DNA of 64,000 nucleotides, from positions 64,001-128,000 of IMG/VR virus record IMGVR_UViG_3300036715_001140. One strand, 5' to 3'. Source of the DNA: a virus. Both the position numbers and the translations under genes were made by a program. Each line of letters opens with the position of its first letter. Positions within the stretch are counted from its first letter, which is position 1. This document shows, one piece after another, positions 30,233 to 39,283 of this stretch. The notes under the pieces are model-generated. The model was not told where the DNA came from, did not search any database, and was given only the letters and a program-made list of their open reading frames with translations.

Positions 30233-30439
30233 TTATGCTACTTTAACAACGTTAGCAGCTTGTTTACCTTTCTGCCCATCAATAATATCAAAGGTTACAG
30301 CTTCATTTTCCTTCAACGTCTTAAATCCTTCTGTCTGAATTGCTGAAAAATGCACAAAAATATCTTCCGTAGCTCCTTCCGGTGTTAAAAACCCAAAACC
30401 TTTTGCCTCATTAAACCATTTTACTTTTCCATTCACCAT
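30233..30439 (-). CDS. cspA: cold-shock protein (CspA family)
   Basis: [15 protein letters not shown] (RNP1) and DIFVHFSAI (RNP2). Confidence 0.97.
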   Translation of the reverse strand: MVNGKVKWFNEAKGFGFLTPEGATEDIFVHFSAIQTEGFKTLKENEAVTFDIIDGQKGKQAANVVKVA

Positions 30440-30566
30440 TTCTTTGTACTTCCTTTCTTTTCTTGTTACGGTATTTCTCTACCGCTTTGTAATCTGCTCA
30501 AAAAATTGAGCAGTAATTTTAGTTATCATTATAAAATACATAAAAATTTTATGTCTTATATTTTAG

Positions 30567-30923
30567 TCATCTTACTATCTGTAGTTTAGAATTAGGCATA
30601 GAAGTTGCTGGCATTATACCAGTCTTTTTATGTATATAGCCATCTGAAATTTCTTTAGGAGCAATAATATATGATATTACTTGGTACTCTTCTATTGATA
30701 CTCCTTTTCCATCATTACTAAATGGTGCCATATAGTCATGGATAATAGGCGATACGTTACCCATATTATCTATTTGACGTAAAGATAAACCATAGCAATG
30801 ATCAAAATATTCTTTCTTTGTAATCTCGTCAAAACGTAATGTTCCTACAATAAACTCACCACTAACAAGTTTAGCAATAACAACTTCATCTACAACTTCA
30901 GTAGTTTGCTTGTTAAATAACAT
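30567..30923 (-). CDS. hypothetical phage protein (possible Sm-like beta fold)
   Basis: IAKLVSGEFIVG pattern common in large-phage ORFs. Confidence 0.5.
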   Translation of the reverse strand: MLFNKQTTEVVDEVVIAKLVSGEFIVGTLRFDEITKKEYFDHCYGLSLRQIDNMGNVSPIIHDYMAPFSNDGKGVSIEEYQVISYIIAPKEISDGYIHKKTGIMPATSMPNSKLQIVR

Positions 30924-31079
30924 TTAAGTATCACTCCTTTTTATTCTTTATTAATAATTCTTTTATCTTCTTTTCTAGTAAATTAAAGTCTACTGGTTTA
31001 GTAAAAACATGCTCAAGATTATTTTGTACTTTTTCATATTATAATAATTTCTATAAGATGTTATAGTAGTTGACATACC

Positions 31080-32168
31080 TCACAGCCATTTTTTCTTTTT
31101 AAACCACAAGTAAATACCAATTATTATAAAAATATTTACAACTATAAATATGATATAACCTCCAATCAAGTGATTCTTTTGCTCAGGCATTTCCCAATTC
31201 ATTCCATACCAACCACAAAGAAAAGAGCCAGGTAAGAAGAATGCTGAGAGTATAGTCAAAAACTTCATTATCTCATTCATACGATTACTAGATATTGCAG
31301 AGCTCAAATCAACAATAGAAGATAAAGTAGCTTTGAATCTTTCAAGCATATCCAGTATCTGAGTTAAATGAATATCCACATCTTTTATATACGCAATACT
31401 ATCTGCGGTTATTAAATTACTAAAGTCATCAACCAAGGAGTTGACAAGCTCTCTCATGGCTTTAGTATCTTGTAATATTGCTTGCACCTTATTTTTCATC
31501 TGATATATTTCTTTCAAATGACTGGCAGGGTCATCAGAATTTACAATATTATTTTCCAACTCGCTAATTTCTTCATCAAGTTTGTCTGTCATAATGTAGT
31601 ACATATCAACAACATAATCAAGAATTACACAAGCTAAACGATCTGGACCTTTTCTACGAGTTTCTGATTGTTCTGATGAAAGTCTGTTAAACAATGGCTC
31701 AAACATTTCATCATGTGTTTCTTGAAATGTAATAACTTCTTTCGGAGTCAACCATATTGATAACTGCTTACGATTAAACTCTAAGTTATAGTAAGTAAGT
31801 ATAAAACATATCTTATCATCTTTTGTTAAAATATGCGGCCGTTGATTTACGTTTAAGATGTCTTCAAGAATCATCGGAGGCAAATCAAATGCAGATACTG
31901 TATATTGAATGCTTGCTACATTTTTAAAACCTTTTATCAGTAACCACTTGTTTATATCAGATTCAGTCCAGATTTCTTCATTGCTAGGATTTGTATCGAG
32001 TTTAAATCCTTGCTCATTATAATGAGCTAACTCATATTTAGTTTCAAGGTCTGAACGCTCACCAGTATAGATAACAGTTCCTGGAGGCAATCCAAACTTT
32101 ACAGAACTCTTCATAAATTTTGCTATAAAACTATGTGTCTCAATGAGACTACATACTGTTTTTGACAC
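31080..32168 (-). CDS. corA: magnesium/cobalt transporter CorA
   Basis: GLPPGT, EDILNVNQRP, MNEIMKFLT, GWYGMNW (GMN motif), two C-terminal TM helices; start may be ATG 32114. Confidence 0.93.
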   Translation of the reverse strand: MSKTVCSLIETHSFIAKFMKSSVKFGLPPGTVIYTGERSDLETKYELAHYNEQGFKLDTNPSNEEIWTESDINKWLLIKGFKNVASIQYTVSAFDLPPMILEDILNVNQRPHILTKDDKICFILTYYNLEFNRKQLSIWLTPKEVITFQETHDEMFEPLFNRLSSEQSETRRKGPDRLACVILDYVVDMYYIMTDKLDEEISELENNIVNSDDPASHLKEIYQMKNKVQAILQDTKAMRELVNSLVDDFSNLITADSIAYIKDVDIHLTQILDMLERFKATLSSIVDLSSAISSNRMNEIMKFLTILSAFFLPGSFLCGWYGMNWEMPEQKNHLIGGYIIFIVVNIFIIIGIYLWFKKKKWL

Positions 32169-32371
32169 CTTTAAAACAAGATATGCTAATAAACATTAGT
32201 CTTACAATCTCTATGATGCCCATTTAAAGTCTCCCATTAGCTATAGGTGACATGAACTTAAAAGCTGTTTTATAGACTCTCCTTATTAGATTTTTAGCTA
32301 ATCAGAGCTTCTAAGTTCATTGATGCACGTTATGATTTTATATCATATATTCATTGTATTTCTATATAAAT

Positions 32372-32584
32372 TCATAGTTTTATTAATGCTTGATAATAAA
32401 TTTTTCCCATCTTAGGATGAGATTCTATAACTATACCACCTGTTACAGAGTATTGACCTTCTTTTAAGAGAGAGTTTACTTCTCGTTCTAAATCTTTTAT
32501 GTCATATTCTCTTATTATCTTATACAACGGAAACTGCACTGCACACTCCTTCAGACTTATTAAAAACATTACCACAGAAAACAC
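32372..32584 (-). CDS. DUF1737-like small protein
   Basis: YKII...LEREVNSLLKEG...GG...YYQAL pattern; start uncertain. Confidence 0.5.
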   Translation of the reverse strand: MFSVVMFLISLKECAVQFPLYKIIREYDIKDLEREVNSLLKEGQYSVTGGIVIESHPKMGKIYYQALIKL

Positions 32585-32756
32585 ACTCTACTAAGTTATT
32601 TTTTAATTCAGGATCTCTAAGTTTATGTATTCCAGAAGTATTACATTTAGGACAAGTTGCACGTTTATTCTTGGTAATACTAGGTTTTCTCTTTATAGGT
32701 TTCTTCTCAATAGACGCATAGTATTCAGCATGACTGCTATTCATAAATAAAGACAT
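32520..32756 (-). CDS. zinc-ribbon protein
   Basis: CPKC...CVFC. Confidence 0.55.
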   Translation of the reverse strand: MSLFMNSSHAEYYASIEKKPIKRKPSITKNKRATCPKCNTSGIHKLRDPELKNNLVECVFCGNVFNKSEGVCSAVSVV

Positions 32757-32789
32757 GTTAAAGTCCTCTTCCTCTTTATATAAAAATTA

Positions 32790-34250
32790 TCAGTAAGAAT
32801 ATAAGTTTGTTGTAGGTCTAGTACAGGAAACATACAAACATTTCATGGCTTCTCTTTTATTAGAGTTGGCTAAAATATCTTGTTGGTCTACATATACTTC
32901 TTTGTAAGTACTTCCTTGTGCTCTGTGTGCTGTAAGAGCATATCCATATCTAACTTTATTAAATTTTGATTTAGTTCTCCAAAAATCACTCCATGCATCT
33001 TTTCTCTCTGTGCCTTTTAACCATTTAGCTTTAAGAGCTTTTTTATTTAAAATACTATCTATGAGTGAAACATCTTTAGGAATATTTAGGAATAAAGTCT
33101 TATCACCTTTAACGGTTAAACATGTAACTGGAACTGAAATATTATCAACTATAACCATAGAGTCTTCTACTCTTTCTACTCTATACTCATCATCTACATA
33201 GGCTATTATTTGTTTATCCTGTTCTATGGGTTCGGCGATAAGAATTATCTCATTTATACAAAACCTATCTTTAAATCCAAGATGCTGCCGTATGATATTA
33301 TTATAATACTCTACTGTTTTGTTACGCCAAGCAATAACTTTGGAATGAACCAAATCATCTACCGTGTTTATACTATTAAGTAATTTTGCTTCAAAGTCTC
33401 TTTTAGAAGAGTACATCCAGACACCAGATGTAGTGTGATCATTCTTTAAAGGGCTTGACCAATCCTTATTTAAAAGTCTATTGCGTATAGCAGAAGCTAA
33501 TGTGAGTAATTGATTATCATGTCTAACAATTTTCTTTAAAACCGCAATGTTATTTGGATCTTCCGTTACCTTCCATGCTCTTGTTTTATCTTCCCCTACA
33601 GGTGGTAATTGAGCAGGATCACCTACATAAAGTATCTTAATACCACTAGATAATCTTATGTCATCTATTACTGAGCATAAAACCTTTCCACACATAGAAG
33701 CTTCATCTATTACTAATACTGAGTTTTTAGGAAAATAGGGAGGTGTTTCACTTTGAGTTAAACGTAATTCATCCTCTACTTGTTCCATTCTTAAACCTAA
33801 AGTAGAATAAGTTGTTTTTATCTTAGCCGTAGGTCCTAACAACTCTATCAATACCTTTGTGGCTTTGTTAGTAGGAGCACTAAAATATATATTGTCTTTT
33901 ATATCTTTTAACAACTGAAGTAAAAATGTCTTTCCAGTACCTGCATAACCTTTTAATACAAAATAAGGTTCATCTGGTTTTAACAACCATTTGAAGATCT
34001 TATCTATAGCTTCTTTCTGATCTATGCTAAGTTTTACTATTTTATTACCAACCTTAACTTCTACTATATTTTCAGTATCAGTGTAAATTAAAGGATTACC
34101 ACCAAATAATTGGTAATTAGCACAATACATGTTCACTTTTTGTATTAAGCTATATTTAGTTTTATCAATATCTGAGAGTAAACCGGTAGCTAGTAAAGCC
34201 TCATTTAGCTTTTTAGCTTGATCTAACAATTCCTTATCCATACTATCCAT
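32790..34250 (-). CDS. SF1B helicase (Dda/RecD-like)
   Basis: GYAGTGKT, APTNKA, IDEASM, GDPAQLPPV, YALTAHRAQGST, LYVSCTR. Confidence 0.93.
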   Translation of the reverse strand: MDSMDKELLDQAKKLNEALLATGLLSDIDKTKYSLIQKVNMYCANYQLFGGNPLIYTDTENIVEVKVGNKIVKLSIDQKEAIDKIFKWLLKPDEPYFVLKGYAGTGKTFLLQLLKDIKDNIYFSAPTNKATKVLIELLGPTAKIKTTYSTLGLRMEQVEDELRLTQSETPPYFPKNSVLVIDEASMCGKVLCSVIDDIRLSSGIKILYVGDPAQLPPVGEDKTRAWKVTEDPNNIAVLKKIVRHDNQLLTLASAIRNRLLNKDWSSPLKNDHTTSGVWMYSSKRDFEAKLLNSINTVDDLVHSKVIAWRNKTVEYYNNIIRQHLGFKDRFCINEIILIAEPIEQDKQIIAYVDDEYRVERVEDSMVIVDNISVPVTCLTVKGDKTLFLNIPKDVSLIDSILNKKALKAKWLKGTERKDAWSDFWRTKSKFNKVRYGYALTAHRAQGSTYKEVYVDQQDILANSNKREAMKCLYVSCTRPTTNLYSY

Positions 34251-34707
34251 AAACTTCAGCTTTCTTTTTCATTGCTTTCAATAATTGTGCTTGTATATCT
34301 AATACATCAATAGCCATTCTTATGCTTATAGGATCTGTGTCCTTTATTGAATCCCATAAGATCTTTATGGTATAAGTATTAGTATCAAGAATAAAATCTT
34401 CATTTTCTTTTAACTTCTCATCTCGAGCATACACAGTACAGTCTATGTACTTGAACTTAGGTATTTTCATTCCTGAATCTACAAATTGCTTATACGTTAT
34501 AGGATGACAATTAGCTAGTTGAAAAGTTTCACCATACAGGATATTAGATTCTTTTGGAATACCTGTTAAAAATGTTACAAGTTTAATATCACCATCTATG
34601 GGTTGTAATAAAACTTCTTCTTCCAAGAATCTTCTACATTTACTTACGATATTTTCATCGACTTGGTTGATTGGTAACTGGTATCCTATAAAAAAGTATG
34701 GGTACAT
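34243..34707 (-). CDS. hypothetical protein
   Basis: ORF track; operon packing. Confidence 0.55.
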   Translation of the reverse strand: MYPYFFIGYQLPINQVDENIVSKCRRFLEEEVLLQPIDGDIKLVTFLTGIPKESNILYGETFQLANCHPITYKQFVDSGMKIPKFKYIDCTVYARDEKLKENEDFILDTNTYTIKILWDSIKDTDPISIRMAIDVLDIQAQLLKAMKKKAEVYG

Positions 34708-35069
34708 ATCACTGATCCTTTTTCTATTCCTTCACGCTTACACAAATCTGCAATATTTGGACTGACAATTCTTCCTTTTACTTTATAGTGATAATACTCT
34801 TTAGGAAAATCCGGTTCTATGTAGCATTCGTTATCTACGAAACCAATAGTATGTTCTATCATGTTGCAGATTTCTTCTGCAAACATTCTTCTATTAAATT
34901 TACTATACGCAAAATATTCTCCTTCAAGTTCAGAGAGTATAAATGCTTCATAGCTTTCATGAGTAGAAAATTCTACTAACTTAGGTATATTAAATCCACG
35001 TCCTGCTACAATAATTTCCTTCTTAACATGATTTACTATTAAGTAACTTGGATAATAGATATTAGCCAT
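34686..35069 (-). CDS. hypothetical protein
   Basis: ORF track. Confidence 0.55.
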   Translation of the reverse strand: MANIYYPSYLIVNHVKKEIIVAGRGFNIPKLVEFSTHESYEAFILSELEGEYFAYSKFNRRMFAEEICNMIEHTIGFVDNECYIEPDFPKEYYHYKVKGRIVSPNIADLCKREGIEKGSVICTHTFL

Positions 35070-35367
35070 GATTAATAAGACCTCTAAGTTTATTCGGTTC
35101 TAATAGACATAGTTTTCTTAGACCAACCTGAATCCAACTCTCTTCTCTAAAGTCAATACAATTTAAATTAGAACAACCTTTTCCTGTTAAGTATGAACCA
35201 CAAAGTAAGCAGGACTCAGCTTTGCCTCCAATAACTAAAGAATCAGATACTTGAATAGCTCCTTTAGCAATGTTCTTAATAACGTTATACTCCTTAGGCT
35301 GGTCTAATTCAATTTCAACTTTTTTAGTAGATCTTTTCTTTTGAGTTGTGTCAATAGTAGCTGGCAT
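35062..35367 (-). CDS. hypothetical protein with Cys cluster
   Basis: CLLCG...CSNLNC. Confidence 0.55.
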   Translation of the reverse strand: MPATIDTTQKKRSTKKVEIELDQPKEYNVIKNIAKGAIQVSDSLVIGGKAESCLLCGSYLTGKGCSNLNCIDFREESWIQVGLRKLCLLEPNKLRGLINHG

Positions 35368-35409
35368 AATTCATTTCCTTTTAGTTCTTAATTTACTACA
35401 TCTACTATT

Positions 35410-35423
35410 TATTAACAGTATTA
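35410..35423 (-). promoter_or_regulatory. putative phage promoter motif TAATACTGTTAATA
   Basis: directly after terminator hairpin and upstream of the next operon. Confidence 0.55.
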
Positions 35424-35424
35424 G

Positions 35425-35455
35425 AAAGAGAGCAAAAGACAATTTTGCTCTCTTT
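35425..35455 (-). terminator. intrinsic terminator
   Basis: AAAGAGAGCAAAA/TTTTGCTCTCTTT inverted repeat after the topoisomerase IB gene. Confidence 0.7.
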
Positions 35456-35463
35456 ATTTTAGT

Positions 35464-37533
35464 CTATTTCTTACTCCTTATTTTAAATACTATACTATTA
35501 CTTACAGTCTTTAACCTAATATTTTTAGCAATTCCACTAGTTGGACTCACATCATACCTATCAAAGAACTCATTAGAGACGCTTTTCAAAACGTATGCTT
35601 TCATAGCCATATTTGGACTAGGTTTATCTTTACTATGATGACCTAGTTCCTTACCTACTTGAGTCATTACATCCATAAAGTATGCACTGACTTGAGCAGA
35701 GTCAGCTTCTCCTACTTTTAATTCACAGTTGTCTAACATTTCTTTTGCCATTCTTGTTGCTTTAGCATTTCTAAATTTATGTGGATTAAAAGTAGGCATT
35801 ACAGTGTTTACATATTTTTTAACTAGTTCATAGGTTAATTTTTCATTGTCTTTATCTACCCAAATATAATCTTCTGGATTTGCTACTCTTTCATATAACT
35901 TCTGTACTATGTTAAATAGTAATTTTGCTTCAACCGCAGTTTGATCATAGCCAGGTTTTAAAGTAAGTAACAAATTTTGTGCTCCGTTTTTATCTGAATA
36001 ACTAAAGGTTATAATATTATTATCTATAGATAGATCTTTCTTCTTTAGATATATAAAACCTTTACTGTCTTCAAATTTAGTATTTGTTCCTTTTTCCTTT
36101 GATCCAGGTCTAGGTGTTAGTTGATACATTAACTCAGTTATAACTGCTGAAATAAACTTTTTAGTAGGACTATTAGGATTTCCTGCTTTTATATCTGAAA
36201 GCCAATGTGCTCTATACTTAGGTATATTCTCAATAAAATCGTCTACTATTTTCTTTTTCTTATCTTCTCTAAGACCAAGAGCATGATTCTCTGTGTATAC
36301 TCTTCTACGTCTACCATTAGGTCCTCTAAATTCACAATACACTCCATAACCAGTTTCAGGATCATACTTTCCATATCCAACGCCGATGCGTGTATTCATT
36401 TTTACAACACCAGAAGGTTGATCTGCTAATAAAAATCCTTCACGGGTATATAGTCTTCCTTTAGCATCTACTTTACCTTCATAGTTAACAGGTATCTTAG
36501 TATAGTTTAAACCTGCTTCTTTTAGCTTCTTGTTTAGTTCATTAACATCTATTAAACTTTTTCCTGATTTATCAACAATGCTTCTTACCAAAGATAGATA
36601 ATACACATTAAGTTCTTTTTGAATCTCATTGTGCTTTATGTAGTCTTTTGAAGGATTTATGGATAATTCTTTTCTCTTAGCTGTAGGAATAATAAATCCT
36701 TCATTACCACCAAGTTTACTGTTAAGTTGCTTATACTCTTTTACCAAAGAGGCTAATTTACTTGAGTCTACATTTACTTTCTTTTCTACCTCTGTGGTAA
36801 ATAAGGAGCTTGCTTCAGGAACACCAATCTCTGCAGCTTTATTAACTATAGTCTTATATGAGTTATCGGAAGGAGCAGACGATCTTAAAAAGGTGTATAT
36901 ATTTTTAAGATAAGTTGTTTGCGCTGGAGGTATATTATATATTCTTTCCAGGAAGTTATCAAAAGATGCTTTTAAAGCATTAGCAAAATTAGATACATTG
37001 CCTTTTCTCTTATCATTATACTTTATCTTACGTTCTATTAAATCAAGAATTACTAACAAGTCTGTAGTATCTACTCCAACTTGAGTTAAAAACTTTATTA
37101 CCATATCTTTATCTTTTATTACTTTAGAACGGATAGAAGATAAATTAATTTCTTTTGTCCAAGCAATAATAGTTAGACCTAATACAAGTAATGAAGTAAA
37201 TGCAGATCTAGCATTTTCACCAAGTATCGTATATTTAGATTTATCTCTTGGAACAGAAGGTTTTGCAGATTTAGTTGTTGTAGGCTTTTCTTTTCGTGAA
37301 GAATTTGAAGCTGGTTTATCTTTTTTACTAGAAGGTTTTAATTTTTTAGCTAGATTTTTTATAACATCGGTTTTTTTACTTGGAGCTGTATTCCATGCTT
37401 CATAGAAAAGCTTTGTTTTTACAGGACTCCATTCAGCACCTGCAGCAGAAACCTTAGCTTTAGCCATAGAAAGAGCTTTTTCTTCGGACATACCTTGATC
37501 TTTCCACATCTTAATAGCATCACTTAGCTTCAT
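35464..37533 (-). CDS. DNA topoisomerase IB-like protein with long N-terminal extension
   Basis: catalytic pentad in order: TPRPG (R), SDKNG (K), HKFRN (R), LGH (H), KAYV (Y); GRRRRVY resembles the bacterial TopIB GRKQYRY motif. Confidence 0.72.
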   Translation of the reverse strand: MKLSDAIKMWKDQGMSEEKALSMAKAKVSAAGAEWSPVKTKLFYEAWNTAPSKKTDVIKNLAKKLKPSSKKDKPASNSSRKEKPTTTKSAKPSVPRDKSKYTILGENARSAFTSLLVLGLTIIAWTKEINLSSIRSKVIKDKDMVIKFLTQVGVDTTDLLVILDLIERKIKYNDKRKGNVSNFANALKASFDNFLERIYNIPPAQTTYLKNIYTFLRSSAPSDNSYKTIVNKAAEIGVPEASSLFTTEVEKKVNVDSSKLASLVKEYKQLNSKLGGNEGFIIPTAKRKELSINPSKDYIKHNEIQKELNVYYLSLVRSIVDKSGKSLIDVNELNKKLKEAGLNYTKIPVNYEGKVDAKGRLYTREGFLLADQPSGVVKMNTRIGVGYGKYDPETGYGVYCEFRGPNGRRRRVYTENHALGLREDKKKKIVDDFIENIPKYRAHWLSDIKAGNPNSPTKKFISAVITELMYQLTPRPGSKEKGTNTKFEDSKGFIYLKKKDLSIDNNIITFSYSDKNGAQNLLLTLKPGYDQTAVEAKLLFNIVQKLYERVANPEDYIWVDKDNEKLTYELVKKYVNTVMPTFNPHKFRNAKATRMAKEMLDNCELKVGEADSAQVSAYFMDVMTQVGKELGHHSKDKPSPNMAMKAYVLKSVSNEFFDRYDVSPTSGIAKNIRLKTVSNSIVFKIRSKK

Positions 37534-37603
37534 GTAAAATCTCCTTTATAATTGTGATTGTATTTGTAATAATAAATTATTAAAAAACTCTTTAAGAGTT
37601 GCA

Positions 37604-37644
37604 CAAAAAAAAATGGTGTACCTGAAATTATCAGGTACACCATT
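37604..37644 (-). terminator. intrinsic terminator
   Basis: AATGGTGTACCTGA/TCAGGTACACCATT stem followed by a long T-tract on the minus strand. Confidence 0.85.
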
Positions 37645-37764
37645 AGAGATTAATTACATAGTCTATGTGCTATATATAGTCCAAAAGCAAGGCCACCTAA
37701 AGATCCCATAAAAAATGCTTTATAGACTAATATTACAATAAATGACTGCTCTTCTTGCGTAAAA

Positions 37765-38076
37765 CTACTTAGTGCTGGTTGGTGCTGTTGATGCTCCCTC
37801 GGTGTGTATTGACGGTGGAAGATCTCTTTTCGTAATATCATAGACGGCTCCATCATGGTAGAATCGTCCAACTTTTATAATTATGGTCATGTTCTTATGA
37901 CTTGCGTAATTTGAATACATAAGTCCAAGACCTGCACCGGCACCTAGAAGAAGAATCGCCCAAAAACCAAGAGCATGTAGTTTATCTACAACAGTTCTAA
38001 CTGAAGTTTTTGTAAAAGTCTTAACTTCATTTGCCATAGATACATCCACTACTGAATTTTCTTTTTGTTGTTCCAT
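37765..38076 (-). CDS. single-TM membrane protein next to the lytic transglycosylase
   Basis: hydrophobic LGFWAILLLGAGAGLGLMY segment. Confidence 0.55.
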   Translation of the reverse strand: MEQQKENSVVDVSMANEVKTFTKTSVRTVVDKLHALGFWAILLLGAGAGLGLMYSNYASHKNMTIIIKVGRFYHDGAVYDITKRDLPPSIHTEGASTAPTSTK

Positions 38077-38082
38077 ATTTAA

Positions 38083-38733
38083 CTATGCTCCTCTAATTTC
38101 TTTCCGAAGTTTGTTATATAACGCTATAACCTCTCGTGCTTGTTTATTACCAAAAGAAGGTTTTCCATTAGCACTCGTAGCTCTAAGGCTTCCTTTGTAA
38201 TAAGTTAAAGCTAGCTCTAGATTTCCATTAGCTATTTTTAACTTCTCTTCCAGAACCCTACAACCATATAATGTATCCACATCGGCGTATTCCATAGAGG
38301 CTTTAGGAGTTTGCATCAAACTTTTGTATCCTTTTGGACTAACGGCATTAAGTTTAAACTGACTTTCAGTGTACATTAATGTGGCAATTAGTAAAGGATC
38401 TATTTTTATTTGTGACGCTCCTAAAAGTATAGCCTTAATTATGGAGTCTCTCTTTGATTCTGGGCAATTAAGTTTTTTTAGTACCGTTACTAATTCTTTC
38501 TGTTGAACGGTAAGTTGCTTTTTAACATCAGTTACTTTCATAGGATACGGCAAGGTTTCGTGAAAGGACTTTACCTGAAAAATAATAAAATATACAGTAA
38601 GTATCAATAGTCCAATCTTTACAGCAGCCCAAGCTGTAGCAAAACCTTTTAGAATCAGGTCTGGGTAATTTACCTCTTCCTTTGAGTGTCTTAATGCTGT
38701 CAATATATTTTCCACTAGTAATTCCTCCGTCAA
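38083..38733 (-). CDS. lytic transglycosylase (SLT domain) with N-terminal TM anchor
   Basis: LMYTESQFKLNAVSPKG...LMQ, ALTYY. Confidence 0.85.
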   Translation of the reverse strand: MTEELLVENILTALRHSKEEVNYPDLILKGFATAWAAVKIGLLILTVYFIIFQVKSFHETLPYPMKVTDVKKQLTVQQKELVTVLKKLNCPESKRDSIIKAILLGASQIKIDPLLIATLMYTESQFKLNAVSPKGYKSLMQTPKASMEYADVDTLYGCRVLEEKLKIANGNLELALTYYKGSLRATSANGKPSFGNKQAREVIALYNKLRKEIRGA

Positions 38734-38824
38734 TGTAAAACCTCAAAGATAATTAGTTCTTTTTATGGTAGTTCTAAATTTAAAAAGAACTATCCGGTAG
38801 AAGTTTTATATTGATTACTGATTG

Positions 38825-39283
38825 TTAATCCGCAGATTCTCTCCTTTCCGATACCTCAGTAAGTATCTGAGATTTAGCTTTCTTTGAATATACTGGGGCT
38901 TTATACTGAACAAGATCTGAAAATAGTTCAGTAAGCTCAAGTTTTATTTTCTTAGATTCTTCCTTTACTGATACTAAATGAATTACATCATTTTGCTTAT
39001 ACTGCTTCAATAGGTTACAATCAGGATGTGTTATTAATACGTTTAATGTACCTCTAGTTATATCCTCAGGAACGTTTAAAGTATTCCGCAATAAACTACA
39101 AACTTGATTTACTGTGATATTAGTGTTTGTTTCAACAATGTCTAAAATAAAATACAACAACTTTTTATTATAATCTTTGTAATATTGTTCTTGTTGAACA
39201 TATAAAACAGAATCAAATTTAAATGCTATCACAGAATTTAAATTTTCAAGTTTAAGCTGTGCGGTAGTAGAGGTAGTACTCAT
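38825..39283 (-). CDS. hypothetical protein (possible winged helix)
   Basis: ORF track; AAGGAGG RBS. Confidence 0.55.
   Translation of the reverse strand: MSTTSTTAQLKLENLNSVIAFKFDSVLYVQQEQYYKDYNKKLLYFILDIVETNTNITVNQVCSLLRNTLNVPEDITRGTLNVLITHPDCNLLKQYKQNDVIHLVSVKEESKKIKLELTELFSDLVQYKAPVYSKKAKSQILTEVSERRESAD

Noticed and set aside
35348-35638. Plus-strand hydrophobic membrane-like ORF
   Set aside because: Antisense to Lys-rich coding sequence and crosses a terminator and promoter motif; other plus-strand ORFs in the track were dismissed as shadows for the same reason.
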